This document shows, one piece after another, positions 41,470 through 54,881 of a stretch of 64,000 nucleotides of DNA. Source of the DNA: Octopus sinensis (lineage: Eukaryota); the NCBI RefSeq assembly GCF_006345805.1, contig NW_021831731.1:62001-126000 (forward strand). The letters are read 5' to 3'. Position numbers and translations under genes: made by a program. Every line of letters begins with the position of its first letter. Within the stretch, counting starts at the first letter, position 1. Under the pieces are notes generated by a model. The model searched no databases and was not told where the DNA came from. It worked only from the letters and a program-made list of their open reading frames with translations.

Positions 41470-42240
41470 TAGATTTACATTGATTTAAGATAAAATTTGA
41501 TTCTTAACATGTGTCGAGTCCTTCGTTGTTCATAAGGTAAAATGCTTACTTATAAATAATTCAGAGAAGTTACATCACGCCATTACCATGCTTCCTTAAA
41601 TGTTCACACCAATGGCTTAAGAGCACTAGACTGAATGTAGAGACGGAAGGTCTGACAATCGCTGCAGAAATCAGAATCTTGGAACCAGATCCTATTACCA
41701 TCGCATTATCAAGGATGGAATAGATCCACAGTGCAGGATCTGTGGAAAACATGAAGAAACCATCAATCATATTTTCTCTGGATGCCTAAAGCTAGCGAAG
41801 GCCAAAATACAACCACAGCTGCGTACCTACTCTAAAAAATATTCAGGAATTATGAAATCAAGGCAACCGCGAAGTGGTATGAATATTAAGCAACCAAGGT
41901 CACTGATAACAATATTGTCCCCGTTCTTTAGGAAATAGTCATCTATATTGACAGAGAGGTGAAAGCCATCAAACCTGACATCGCTTGCAAGCAAAAAAAG
42001 GACTGGATGTCTATACTTTTCGACAATGCGATATCTTCTGCCAGAAACATATCCATGGAAGTTACAGAGAAGTTAAGTACAAAGCCCTCGAGATCGAAAA
42101 CAACATGTGAAATGTGAAGACCAGATTAGTACCTTGTATTAGGATTCACGAAGCAGGGAATGGAAAAGTTCACCAACCATATCTTAAGCACTAAAGAGAG
42201 TGCTGTAAATAAAGTGACAACTTCTCTAAATCGCCCAGGC
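41470..42240 (+). mobile_element. Decayed R4/Dong-like LINE (CCHC + RLE region)
   Basis: HQWLKSTRLNVETEGLTIAA and IDREVKAIKPDI. Confidence 0.75.
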
Positions 42241-42311
42241 CCATAGTTTGGACTCGCCTTTAAAGGATATAAAACAGGAAGTACAAAAGAATCAGTAAAA
42301 ATAATTATAAT

Positions 42312-42527
42312 AACCCTTTCCACTATAGGCACAAGGTCTGAAATTTTGTGGGAGGGGTAAGTCGATTACATCGACCCCAGTACTCAAACGGTGCTTATTT
42401 CATCAACCCCGAAAGGATGAAAGGCAAAGTTGACCTCGGCGGCATTTGAACTCAGAATGTAAAGATGGACGAAACATCAGTAAACATTTTGTCCGGCGTG
42501 CTAACGATTCTGCTACCTCGCCGCCTT
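42312..42527 (-). mobile_element. SINE family B, full length
   Basis: Head AAGGCGGCGAGGTAGCAGAATCGTTAG, B box GAGTTCAAATGCC, tail GTGCCTATAGTGGAAAGG. Confidence 0.88.
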
Positions 42528-43296
42528 AACAACAATTAAAATAATACTAATGGTTTCTAATTTTGGTAGGAAGCCATCAAAATGAACCTTAGTGGGATAT
42601 CACAAGACATTTTCTCCCAATGCTCTAACGATTTTGCCTGGTTGCTACCTTTAACAACAAATACAACAATGATAATAATTGATCTTGATATTTATTTTCC
42701 CCATGCGTGTTCAGTTGTTTGATCAACTAAACGACGAAGCTCATCGAATTAGCATATAAGTGGCTGAGTATCCCACTGGCACGTATACCTACAATGCCAC
42801 TCACAGGCGCTGTTAAGATGACAGAGTATGACATGGTCAGACTTTTGAATTACAGGTAAAAATTAATCCAAAGGGTTTCAATGTAGTTTCCGTGTACTCA
42901 ACTCCACTCAGACAGCATAGGTCGGTCCAACATCATAGAAAACCACACGTGCTCATGGTTCCATGCTGCAACATTGAAACCGGGGCCCCATGATTACGAT
43001 GTTAAACATTTGGTCATGCATGCTACGGCTACACACTCATACCGACATGCATATATACATAATTCATACATACATAATTCATACATACATACGTACGTAA
43101 GAATGTATGTTCTATGTACGTATGTAGGTATGTATGTATGTATGTATGTATGTACGTATGTACATACATACGTTTATGTATGTATGTACGTATGTACATA
43201 CATACGTTTATGTATGTACGTACGTATATACATACATACGCGTATGTATGTACGTACGTACATACGTTTAAATACGCAGACATACACCCAAATTAT

Positions 43297-43460
43297 TCTT
43301 TTCTATTCTAGGCACAAGGCCCGAAATTTTTGAGGTGGGGGCAGTCGATTAGATCGACCCCCCAGTAAGCAACTTGTACTTCATTTATCGACTCTGAAAG
43401 GTTGAAAGGCAAAGTCGACCTCGGCGGAATTTGAACTCAGAACGTAAAAGATAGACGAAA
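43297..43460 (-). mobile_element. SINE family B, 5'-truncated
   Basis: High similarity to 42312-42527. Confidence 0.85.
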
Positions 43461-43762
43461 TACACACAAATTATTGAAAACACACCGGTGCTCTAGTTTC
43501 ATCGTTTCCGTTAAAATTCTTTGTAAGAGTATCTTCCAACGATTTAGCCTTGCCTACTATCTCGATGGCAATTCTTTCGGAAGCTGTGACTATGAAGATC
43601 TATAAATGCTGATGGTGGATACACAAACTTTACTGCCAAAAACTGCAACAAATTCACAAGAAAATATGAAACAAACCTTCATACAAAAGAAAAAACAATC
43701 GAAGAAAAATCGAAGAAAAACGTTTATTGAATACAATATGCCTAAGAGAAAAGCTGTTTTGA

Positions 43763-43993
<231 letters not shown>

Positions 43994-44402
43994 ATATATC
44001 TGATACATGCATGCAAGCATACATAAATACATACATGCATACATACATATGTGTATGTATATATGAATTTAAGTGCGCATACAGTGCATACTTCTATGCA
44101 TGCATGTATGAATGTAGGTATGTACGTACGAACGTATGTATGTATGTATGTATGTATGTATGTATGTATGTTTGTGCATATGCGTGTGTGTGTGCGTATA
44201 TGTGTGTGCATATTATTAGTTTATCTTAAATTTTCTTCTTGATTTTGAAAATTCCTTCCTCTCGATATAAAAGCTTTCACTCGTACATACATACATGTAT
44301 GCGTACATTCATAGATACATACATTGCCACACACATTATATCCTGAAACACACACATACTCACACTCGGATGCATAGACACATGAATATATGTGTATTAA
44401 TA

Positions 44403-44479
<77 letters not shown>

Positions 44480-45502
44480 TGAATGCATGTATGTACGTAA
44501 ATATATATACATATATATGTATATATATATGTGTATTTATGTTTATGTATATATATATGCTATCTATATGCACGGAGATGCTTTTGTTTATACTGACGGA
44601 AAGAAGATAATTTGAAAACGAACTAAAAAAGAATATGAAAAACTGCAAGTAATAGAGCATATTCATACACACACATACACACACTAATGCATTTATACAC
44701 ACAGACATATACAAGTACATATCGACATACACGCATATACACAACCATCCATTCATACATACATCAAATCATATATATAAATGTACACTTACACATGCAT
44801 AAATACACATACACGACTCTGTATAGTTCTTTAGAGACCAGCTCTTTTATTGGAGCAATTTAGAGAACAGAATAGCTGAGGAAATATTTATTGTTCATAA
44901 TATTAGCAACACTAACATACATTATCTTATAAAAAAGAATAACGCTGGAGGGGACACATTTAGTTGAGACATAAAAAATGAATATACACTATAAATACAA
45001 AAAAACAAATACAAAACTAAAAAATACGTGTTCATAAATAACGTTGATGAACATCTTAGGAATCGGGAATGAACCATTCAAGAAACGCCCAGAGTGCAAT
45101 AATATTTCACGTGATTTGAAAGCAGTTAAAACAAATCAATGTAAGCAGAGATTGTTATGGAGACGGCAACGAATACCAACGAAAGGTTATAGCGTGTATT
45201 GGTTTTATCTGGAAAACAAACAAATAAACAAACAAACAAACAAACCCCGAACAAGCGTTAGAGGACAGTGCTACTTGAACCAGAGTCAACAACATTGCGT
45301 TGTAATTTGAGAGCGTAGAAAACGAGAGAACCTGTAGGAAACTTGTTTAGAAAGCCTTTTTCTTTTATTGTTTTAAAATCTTCGGATTGTGGCTATTCTG
45401 CGACACCGTCTTAAAGGGCATAATCGAATACATACGTACATACATACATACATAATACATACATACATGCATACATACTTACATAATACATACATACATA
45501 CA

Positions 45503-45538
<36 letters not shown>

Positions 45539-45639
45539 TATGCAAAAAAGGGTGGAATATAATTAATTTAATAAAATTAATAAATTTCACCTAGTAGATT
45601 TATCGGTATGGAAAAGACCATATTTGGTAAGGTTTATTA

Positions 45640-45682
<43 letters not shown>

Positions 45683-45740
45683 AAGAGAAAATGGAGATTG
45701 GAAGCTAATTGTTTATTATTAATAGCAAATTAATCATCTT

Positions 45741-45819
45741 CACTTACAGTTGTTTCAATTAATACTCAGTAAATATTAAATTTATATTTATATGACCTGA
45801 GCATAATATCTTCAGAAGG
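45741..45819 (-). ncRNA. Hammerhead-like motif with extended stem II
   Basis: Minus strand: CCTT-CTGAAGA-TATTATGCTCAG...CTGAGTATTAATT-GAAAC-AACT-GTA-AG. Core canonical, stem I weak. Confidence 0.5.
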
Positions 45820-45925
45820 AAAACAATATCCTTGGATGTTTTATATGTGAAAACACATATAAAACATAAAAGGGCATATATATATATTATATATATATTT
45901 GTTTGTGTGTGTGTGTGTATGTATG

Positions 45926-46011
<86 letters not shown>

Positions 46012-46069
46012 CATGTGTATATAAATGTATACATATATATCCATATATATATGTATATAAACATGTATA

Positions 46070-47699
46070 CAGTTGCGGCCAAAATGTTCAGAACGGCATT
46101 GTTTTCGTCAGAAAAGTAGGTATAAGTTTTTATTAAAGTTGTTTTATATTCTATACTTTTCACAGACAATAAATACAATATTAATTGGTTTTGTCTGAGA
46201 TTTTGGTGTAATTTGAGTGGATAATACAAAAGTTATGGATGATATAGTGATTAACTGCAAAACCCATGGTGGCCAAAATGATCAGAGCGGGTGAAAAAAT
46301 AACAAAATAATCAAAAAGTGACAGAGATTGCTGGAATTATTTCATATTTAGTGTGAAGTCCTTTAGCTTCAATCAAAGTTTGACATTTTCGACTGCATGG
46401 GGAAACTACATTTTCAATTTCTTGCTGGGTGATCTTATTCCATTCTTCCTGAAGGGCATTCCATAATTGCTCGGTTGTTTTAGGATTTCTGGCTTTCAAA
46501 CGTTCTCCTAGAATATTCCACACATCTTCAATAGGACTGAGGTCTGGGCTTTGAGCAGGCCAATCCATAACAATAACCTTTTCAGCCTTGAGGAAGTTCA
46601 TGACCACCTTAGCCTTGTGACATGGGGCATTGTCCTGCATGAATATGGGTGGTCGCTTAGTTGAATTCCTCAGCACAGGCAAGACATGATCTTTTACAAG
46701 TTGTTTATAAACTCCTGCATTTACCTTTTCATGTAATCGCAGCAAAGGGCCCACAACATCTCCAGATATCATCCCCCAAACCATGACACTTCCTCCACCG
46801 AATTTAACACTAGTCTTAAGGCATTTAGGTGACAATTTTTCACCTGCTTTTCGACGAACGTACCTTTTCCCATCTGAGCCAAATAACAGAGACTTAGATT
46901 CATCACTGAAATGTACCGTTTGCCATTTTTCTTGAGACCACAACACATGTTCGGTTGCAAAGGTAAGACGACACTTTTTATTCTTGGAGCTGATCAGTGG
47001 CTTCACTGCAGGTGCTCTTGCTTGTAGGTCATGTTCAACTAAAGGACGAGACACAGTTTTTTGAGATAAAGTTTTCTTCAGTACAATGCTCATTTCCCGA
47101 AAAACAGCAGCAGCAGTTTTAAATCTGTCCTTTTTAACCAACTTTACCATTGCACGATCTTCTCTCTTGGTCGTTTTTCTTGGCCTACATGTAGACGTTC
47201 TTGCTTCACACGAACCATAATCATCGTAGACCTTAAGAATACCGTGAACAACACTTTTTGACTTGTTAACAATCTTTGCAATAGACCTAATACTTAAATT
47301 ATCCTTCTTTCGAAGCTTAATAATCTGCTGACGAATTGGTAACGGAGTAAGTGGCATTATATTAACAAAGTACACTGCAGATATTCTTACTAATGTTTAG
47401 TAAACGAACTGTCACGTAAACAAATTCAAAACATTAGAGTTTGACGGTTAAATATACTAAAACATGGAGTAAAAGCAACCGTTCTGATCCTTTTGGCCGC
47501 CATGGGTTTTGCAGTAAATCACTAAATCATCCATAACTTTTTTATTATCCTCTCAAATTACACCAAAATCTCAGACAATAACAAATAATATCATATTTAT
47601 TGTCTGTGAAAATGATAGAATATAAAACAACTTTGATAAAAACTTATATCTACTTTTCTGACGAAAACAATGCCGTTCTGAACATTTTGGCCGCAACTG
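46070..47699 (-). mobile_element. Full-length IR/DR-type Tc1 transposon, 1630 bp
   Basis: ~224-bp TIRs (46070-46293 and 47476-47699) starting CAGTTGCGGCCAAAATGTTCAGAACGG. Inner direct repeat GGCCAAAA(T/G)GATCAGA(G/A)CGG. TA-flanked. Confidence 0.97.
46311..47357 (-). CDS. Tc1 transposase (DD34E), uninterrupted ORF
   Basis: ATG at 47357 (MPLTPLP), paired-like HTH, RPRKTT, FSDESK, VKFGGGSVMVWG, QDNAPCH and SPDLSPIE with D-34-E spacing. The usual TKY* end reads TKYE and runs on for 11 aa. Confidence 0.93.
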   Translation of the reverse strand: MPLTPLPIRQQIIKLRKKDNLSIRSIAKIVNKSKSVVHGILKVYDDYGSCEARTSTCRPRKTTKREDRAMVKLVKKDRFKTAAAVFREMSIVLKKTLSQKTVSRPLVEHDLQARAPAVKPLISSKNKKCRLTFATEHVLWSQEKWQTVHFSDESKSLLFGSDGKRYVRRKAGEKLSPKCLKTSVKFGGGSVMVWGMISGDVVGPLLRLHEKVNAGVYKQLVKDHVLPVLRNSTKRPPIFMQDNAPCHKAKVVMNFLKAEKVIVMDWPAQSPDLSPIEDVWNILGERLKARNPKTTEQLWNALQEEWNKITQQEIENVVSPCSRKCQTLIEAKGLHTKYEIIPAISVTF

Positions 47700-47899
47700 T
47701 ATATACATATACATCTATGTAGATGTTTTGCCGTCCCTTTTTTGTATCACCTAACTGTCTGGATGCTTTGCGTTCTTGTCCCATTTTGTATTTTATATAT
47801 ATATACATAGATACAGACTTATGTGTGTGTGTGATTGCGGCTATTCTGGGGCACCGTCTTAAAGGGCATAATCGACTACATATATATAGTTCTTTATAA

Positions 47900-48025
47900 T
47901 CTCTCACGAGGCCTATGGTTATATGTAAGTACCTTATTTTTAAATGCGTACAACCTCAATATAATTGACAATTATAGGCACTGGAAAAAAACTACTTTTA
48001 TCCATAGGCTGAAACAGCTGTAAGG
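47900..48025 (+). ncRNA. Hammerhead-like motif with large loop-II insertion
   Basis: TCT-CTCACGA-GGCCTATGG-(~83 nt)-CCATAGGCT-GAAAC-AGCT-GTA-AGG. 9-bp stem II, palindromic ACAGCTGT, core G5->C. Confidence 0.55.
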
Positions 48026-48616
48026 AGTAATTTAATGATTTCAATAATTTATATTATGATTTTTAGAATTGTATTCTTATCTTATATGCATTGAATTATA
48101 ATGTATATATGTATGCTATTAAGGTTCTCGTTTTTGTTAAATGAATAAATAAGTCAACATTCTAATATCCGAAAGCTGATGCACTAACTAAATTGTTTTT
48201 CTGGGTCTAGCAGTCGTCGCGGCAACACACATTTTTTCTCTCTGCCCTAAGGCACATTCCTAACACGCCAGCTCAGTTTACTCGTCCTGTCGAAAGACGC
48301 ATGTTTGTGACGTCCTGTTTTTGATTTTACGTATTATTATTATTATTGTTTTTACGTATTTTTGTATTCATATTCGTGTAGCATCGTCCGTTTTTCCGTC
48401 TTTGTTTTGTATAGATTCGAAGCTTTCTTCCAAGGAATCTAATGCGCTTAGCTTAGATTTTCGTTGGGGCTGGCCAGATTGGAGCAATCTCAAGATTAAT
48501 CAGCCGAAATTGCGAGGATGATCCGGTTCTTGACTGAAAACTTAAGGCTTCGAATGTCCCGTCCGTGTTTTTTGTATCGTCTTCTAAATGTTTTGCGTTC
48601 TTGTCCCAGTTTGTAT

Positions 48617-48702
<86 letters not shown>

Positions 48703-48711
48703 AATATATAT

Positions 48712-49152
48712 ATTCTTTTATTCCTTTATTTGTTTCAGTCATTTGACTGCGACCATGCTAGAGCACCGCCTTTAGTCGAGCAAATCGACATAGGACTTAT
48801 TCTTCGTAAGCCTAGTGCTTGTGCTTATTCTATAGGACTTTTTGCTGAACCACTAAGTTACGGAGACATAAACACACCAGCATCAGTTGCCAAGCGATGG
48901 TGGGGGGACAAACACAGATACACAAGCATACACAGGCACACACACACACACACACACACACAACACACACACACACATATATATATATATAACGGGCTTC
49001 TTTCAGTTTCCGTCAACCAACTCCACTCGAAAAGCTTTGGTCGGCCCGAGGCTATAAGAGAAGACACTTGCCCAAGGTGCCACGCAGTGGGACTGAACAT
49101 GGGACCCTGTGGTTGTTGAGCAAGCCCTTTACCACACATCCACTCCTGCGCC
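48712..49152 (-). mobile_element. SINE family A
   Basis: Head GGCGCAGGAGTGG, internal (GT)n, tail GACTGAAACAAATAAAG. Confidence 0.88.
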
Positions 49153-49285
49153 TGAGGAGACACTTGAGATGGAGAATTGCTGAAGAGGCCACAGGTGTTT
49201 GACAAAAGATTTCCAGACAATGGATATAAAATAAGTACAATAATAAACAAGTGAAGAATATATAGTGCTTGTTCTTATATGTATA

Positions 49286-49510
49286 TACTCTTTACTCTTT
49301 TTACTCTTTTACCGGCTTCAATCATTTGACTGCGGCCATGCTGGAGCACCGCCTTTAGTCGAACAAATCGACCCCAGGACTTATTCTTTGTAAGCCTAGT
49401 ACTTATTCTATCGGTTCTTTTGCCGAACCGCTAAGTTACGGGGACTTAAACACACCAGCATCGGTTGTCGAGCGATGTTGGGGGACAAACACAGACACAC
49501 AAATATACAT

Positions 49511-49545
<35 letters not shown>

Positions 49546-49755
49546 CACACAAATACACAAACACACACACACACATATATATACAAACACACACATATAT
49601 ACGACGGGCTTCTTTCAGTTTCCGTCTACCAAATCCACTCACAAGGCTTTGGTCGGCCCGAGACTATAGTAGAAGACACTTGCCCAAGGTGCCACACAAT
49701 GGGAATGAACCCGGAACCATGTGGTTGGTAAGCAAGCTACTTACCACACAGCCAC
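49286..49755 (-). mobile_element. SINE family A
   Basis: GTGGCTGTGTGGTAAGTAGCTTGCTT...GGGTTCATTCC, with a (GTAAAAGA)-repeat tail. Confidence 0.9.
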
Positions 49756-49955
49756 ATATTCCTTTATCTTTTTGTTTCAGACATTAACCTGCAGCCTTGC
49801 TGGGCCCCGTCTTGAAGAATTTTGGTCGAACGAATCGACCTCAATACTTCTTTTAAGCCTGGTGCTTATTCTATCATTTTCTTTTGTTAAATAGCTAATT
49901 TAAGGATACACACAACATTCGAACGATATATGCAGGTATATGCTTGCACGCATAC

Positions 49956-50011
<56 letters not shown>

Positions 50012-50018
<7 letters not shown>

Positions 50019-50210
50019 ATCCAAACATGAAACACCAAGAGAAAACACAACAACGCGAGGACGTGGAACAAATATAGTATTATTGGACGCTCAGGAAGGA
50101 AGGGAAGAAGGAGGGTTTTACGTTTCGAGCGGAGCTCTTCGTCAGAAACATAGGAAAAGGAAAGATCCAGAGAAGGGAAGACGGAGGGAAAAAAATCGTA
50201 CACGCGGTCA
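50012..50210 (-). mobile_element. Short hammerhead-bearing Penelope-pLTR-like element
   Basis: Terminus ATAGTTAATCCAAACA...CGCGAGGACG shared with 598-650. Abuts (TA)n. Confidence 0.65.
50115..50149 (-). ncRNA. Minimal type-I hammerhead ribozyme (canonical core)
   Basis: Minus strand: GTTT-CTGACGA-A-GAGC-TCC-GCTC-GAAAC-GTA-AAAC. Stems I and II perfect, palindromic ACGT stem III. Confidence 0.75.
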
Positions 50211-50449
50211 CATTTTGATATCTGACAGGTCCTAGGGTTTGTGATAACGCGGTTTGGTTGATCATGCATGTATGTGCGCATGATGTATGTATGTATGTCC
50301 GTGCTAATAAGCTTGAAGTCATGGGTATGTATCACGAAAGAACAAGCGTTTCATTAGTATTTAAGTGTATGTGCTCATATGTATTCCATATGCAGATGTA
50401 ATTTTGTACATATGTTCAATCAGAAACCTCAAATAGAGAATCCCTGAAA

Positions 50450-53360
50450 TGTTTTACAAATTTTGATTGTTCTTCTGATTGATTGTATCTTGAAATTGTG
50501 ACTCGGTCTACCCCGTTCTTTTTGGGAGAATCCAAGCATTTCTAGGTTTCTATGCAGATCCGTTATTACGTAGCCCAATGCACCTGTGATAATGGGAACA
50601 AATAAAAATAGCCTGGATATAAGAGCTGTAGGTTTTTCATCAATTAAATATAGATGACACCTTTAAATATTCCTGTTAAAAGCCTAATTCTAGTTTTGAA
50701 GAGACATTTAAATCCATACGGAAACAGATCGGAAACGGTGCATAGCTATTGTTCCTTGAGTCATACAACCATATTCGGTGCGTTGTGCTCATACTTGATT
50801 GTTATTTTTATTGGAATGCGTCTCTTGTATTCTCGTATTCTTATTTTTATTTTAAGGAATGGATTCTTTCTAGTTCTGGTGTACCTTTGGTATAACCAAC
50901 ACTACAATATTTCCTGCATTGTAAACCGTCTTAGGGACAATGTCATGTCTGATAGGGAAGTAGTATGCCGGGCACATTTTTGGACGACTATTCATGTTAT
51001 ATCTTTCGTACTAGTAATGGTACAATCGATACTTTCTGTCATAGCCTGGAGATTGAGGCTATCAGGCATTTAGCAGCTATTTAATGTTCTTGGATAGCAA
51101 AGGCATAACCTAGGTAAGATACTGTATACTTACACAGTCCCAGAGAGGCTTTTGTTGTCGATGTTGCTGGTATTCTCCAGCTTGCGGGATATGCACCCAA
51201 GTTTAACTCTCTCCCGGTAGGATGAATATTTCTTTTCTATGACTCTAGTTAAGTAGTTCGCTCTAGTCACCCTTGAATCACATAGGACAATTGTAGAGAC
51301 GAGTATTTGTTCAAGAGATGTTATTACCTTTACTGTTAAGTATACACATGATATACTAATTTCTTGCATTGCTGTTCAGTAAGTGTTGTCTAAGTGACAC
51401 AATCCGACACTCAAAAGCCGTCTCAGCTGCTCTTAGGCCTCTACCGAAATCCCTCCGTTTAATGTCAAAAGAAGGGACATTTATGCAGAAATTTCTAGTC
51501 ATTGTTATTATCGTCTTAGTCTTGATGTCCCAAGTAGTAAATTTCTTTAAACGTCCACTCTAATATCTTTTGGCACTCTAGTTTTACTCATAGTATCAAC
51601 ATATGCACTACTCTCGTTGTATTTCTAACATTCATCACTGATGATGGAAGAAATAGCCAGGTCATTTTGCGTGTTCGACATTCTTTCCTTCTTTGACTAC
51701 CAAATAGGAACACCTGTCCTGATGAAACTCTACTCCTATATCTCGTGGGAATGTTGTGATCAGTTCTAACTGATTCTTGGTGTTTGGAATATTACTCAAG
51801 TACAACTTAAGTCATTAAAAAAAAATGGCTGGAATCAATCTTTCTTTCATCTGCAGCTTCTATAATATACTCTTTGTATTTCTTTAATAGTGCTGACAAG
51901 AGGTTTACAGCGAGGACAAAATGCGTAAAATATAAGATGACACCTTTAAATATTCCTGTTAATAGCCTAATTCTGTTAGTGACTTTAGTGGTAGCTTTAG
52001 ATCTTAATGATTACTCTATGGACCATGTTCATTCAGCCTCTAAATGGCATTGACTATTGCAGTCAGGACTTTTGCAAGGTGTAATGACTATAATCCACGA
52101 CCATAATTATAGTAATGACTATGGTCCATAAGTGAGGAACAGAATCAAATGATGTCTTATAGTCTAGTCATACGTTTAGCAGGTTTCGTGCCAACTGTAC
52201 GACCTTTTTGCTTCCTTAAAGAAAGTTTAATCAGGAGTTGTTCGACACATCTGAAGATTCCTTCCTTTCTTCCTGCCTGTTCATCAGTCACTACATGCTG
52301 TGCTTCGCGGCGATCCAGCTTTCAAGAAATCTGTGTAAACAGCACATTTAAGCTCGCTATTGGCTTGTAGTTTATGGCTGTGTGCTTCTCTCGCGTTTTA
52401 GCTTTAGTATTATACACACAACAGCTAACCAGTCTGGCATATCAAATTGAACATTCATTGTACTTTTGAACAGGTTAACGAAAATGTGAGCTTTCTTTAC
52501 CAATAACCGCTAATCAGGTTCTTCCCGGGTGGTTTCCTATTCGGCAGTTTAACATCAACCGTCGGGAGAGTTTCACTACTGATATTATACATGTTTTGAG
52601 AGAGACGTTTGCACAGTATTCACTCCGTAGCTCATCTAACAGCATTGCAAATCGGTTATGTTGTTTGCTTACATTCCATATATCCCCCACAAGAGAAGGG
52701 CTCTCATAGCTTTAATGGAATGGCCTTTCATTTGTGATATACCGCTTGTGGTTTTATTGCAAACTTGCGATTGATGGCTTTTCATTCTCGAAGTATTTTT
52801 TATGTAAAGGAATTGCTTTTTTTTTTAATATAACGAAATTGTTCGCTTATTGCTCGCAATTTACTTTTAAGGACAATTAACTAACCCCTTAGCGTTTCTT
52901 ATCACCAGTTCCCATTGACTTTAGATAATCTATCACGGAGTTGCAGCTGTGGTTCGTAAATTTATTATTCACTTTGCATTTAATGATAGTGTCTAACTGT
53001 CCAATATTTTTCCTGAGTATGTCGATAAGCGTCTGGAGAAATATAGTCCACTTTGGTTGCTTCTTTTCCCTGTGATCGATCTCTGCTATTCCCATCTGTT
53101 GGCAAATGGTAACCAAGAGCAATATATCAGAACATTCAATGTCCAAAAGTCGGAATTTTCAATCTGTGCTAATTGTTCTTCGACTATTTGGTCCAACGTG
53201 GATAATATCAAGTCGCTCGGTTTTCTATTGATTCGTATGGTAATTCTTCTTTCATGTAATTGTTTGTTAATGTAGATGATAATGTTTTGCTTGAATTTTG
53301 CTGCTAAGTCTTACTTCTCTTGTTTGTATTCTTTACTCATCATTTCTGTTTGTTCATAAT
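50450..53360 (-). mobile_element. Long decayed R4/Dong-like non-LTR element
   Basis: Minus-strand remnants in correct order: KQPKW, CVEQLLI, GIFKG (GIFQG motif), FGRGL, FVPIITGALGYV. Confidence 0.75.
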
Positions 53361-53419
53361 CAGTCACTGCTCGCTTTTGTAATGGTAGCATGCTCGTCTC
53401 AGTTCCATTGTCACTGCAT

Positions 53420-53530
53420 ATGTATGTATGTATATATGTATGTATGTATGTATGTATTTATGTATGTATGTATGTATGTATGTATGTATGTATGTATGTA
53501 GGCATGTATGTATGTATTTATGTATGTATG

Positions 53531-53561
<31 letters not shown>

Positions 53562-53829
53562 GCATGTATGCATGTATGTATTTATGTATGTATGTATGTA
53601 TTTATGTATGTATGTATGCATGCATGTATGCATGTATGTATGCATGCATGTATGTATGTATGTATGTATGTATTATGAATGTATGTATATGTGTGTGTGT
53701 GTGTGGGGGGGGAGAATGTGTATACGTGTTTGTGTGTATGTCTGATGTCTGTCTGTATGTATGAATGCAACATGTTATAAGTTTCTTATTTTTCAGTGAA
53801 GAAAATGGGAAAAACTTTTATGGAATTGC

Positions 53830-53860
<31 letters not shown>

Positions 53861-53863
53861 TGT

Positions 53864-53907
<44 letters not shown>

Positions 53908-53915
53908 TGCGTGTA
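53420..53915. repeat. (TATG)n and (GT)n microsatellites
   Basis: Directly visible. Confidence 0.95.
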
Positions 53916-54669
53916 CTAGGTATTGGGGAGAATTTGATAAAAGCACTTAAAAGACTACGAGTTTCCCACGTTATTCAATTCAAAGTGTATAACAATATGT
54001 TAATATCCGTACTTAAAAATAAACGTAATATTATATATTTTAATGACGTTCAATTTCCATTTTCACTGCATTTTAAGGTACTATAGATAAATTTACTATC
54101 AATTTACCATAGTTGTTGACGGCATGAGTAAATCATTATTTAATACATTGGTATATCTCAAACAACATGGTTAAATTGTGGCTATGGCGTCTTGGAAGAT
54201 AAATGAGGTATGTAGCAGTGTGAGAAATTGTTATGTGCTAAATAACGTGATATAAAAAAATATCTGAAGTGTATAACAAAGAAAAATAAGAAACCGGATC
54301 TATGTCGATCTGTCAGACTATGGAGAAATGATTGAAAACCGTTTAAGTTATTGTATAAAGAAGTCAGATTTTCATCTTAGAATAACAAGGCAAGATTACA
54401 TTCTCAGACAATATCTGCCACAACAACAAAATACGACATGCTTCTTTAGATGCTGTCCAATCAGAGAGTGATCCACTCGGTAACGTTTGCTTCAAATGTT
54501 TGTAAACCAAAGTTGTTTAGAAAGCTAGTTGCACATTCGGAACAAGGTAGATTGGATACAGTAAATGACAACTTCATCACAGGATCTCAGAGCATTTATT
54601 CCAAATCATACTGTTCGTTGCAATATTTCAACACAGCCTAAGATGTAAAAGAAACACATCTATAGATAT

Positions 54670-54881
54670 ATTGGTTTCAAATTTTGGCACCAGGTCAGCA
54701 ATTTCAGGGGAGAAGTACGTCGATTATATCGACCTCAGTACTCAACTGGTACTCAATTTATCGACTCTGAAAAGATGAAAGGTAAAGTCAACCCCAGCGG
54801 AATATGAACTCAAAACGTAAAGACGGACGAAATGCCGCTTAGCAGTTCGCCGGCGCGCTAACGATTCTACCAGATCGCCGC
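54670..54881 (-). mobile_element. SINE family B
   Basis: GCGGCGATCTGGTAGAATCGTTAG head. Matches 42312-42527. Confidence 0.85.
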
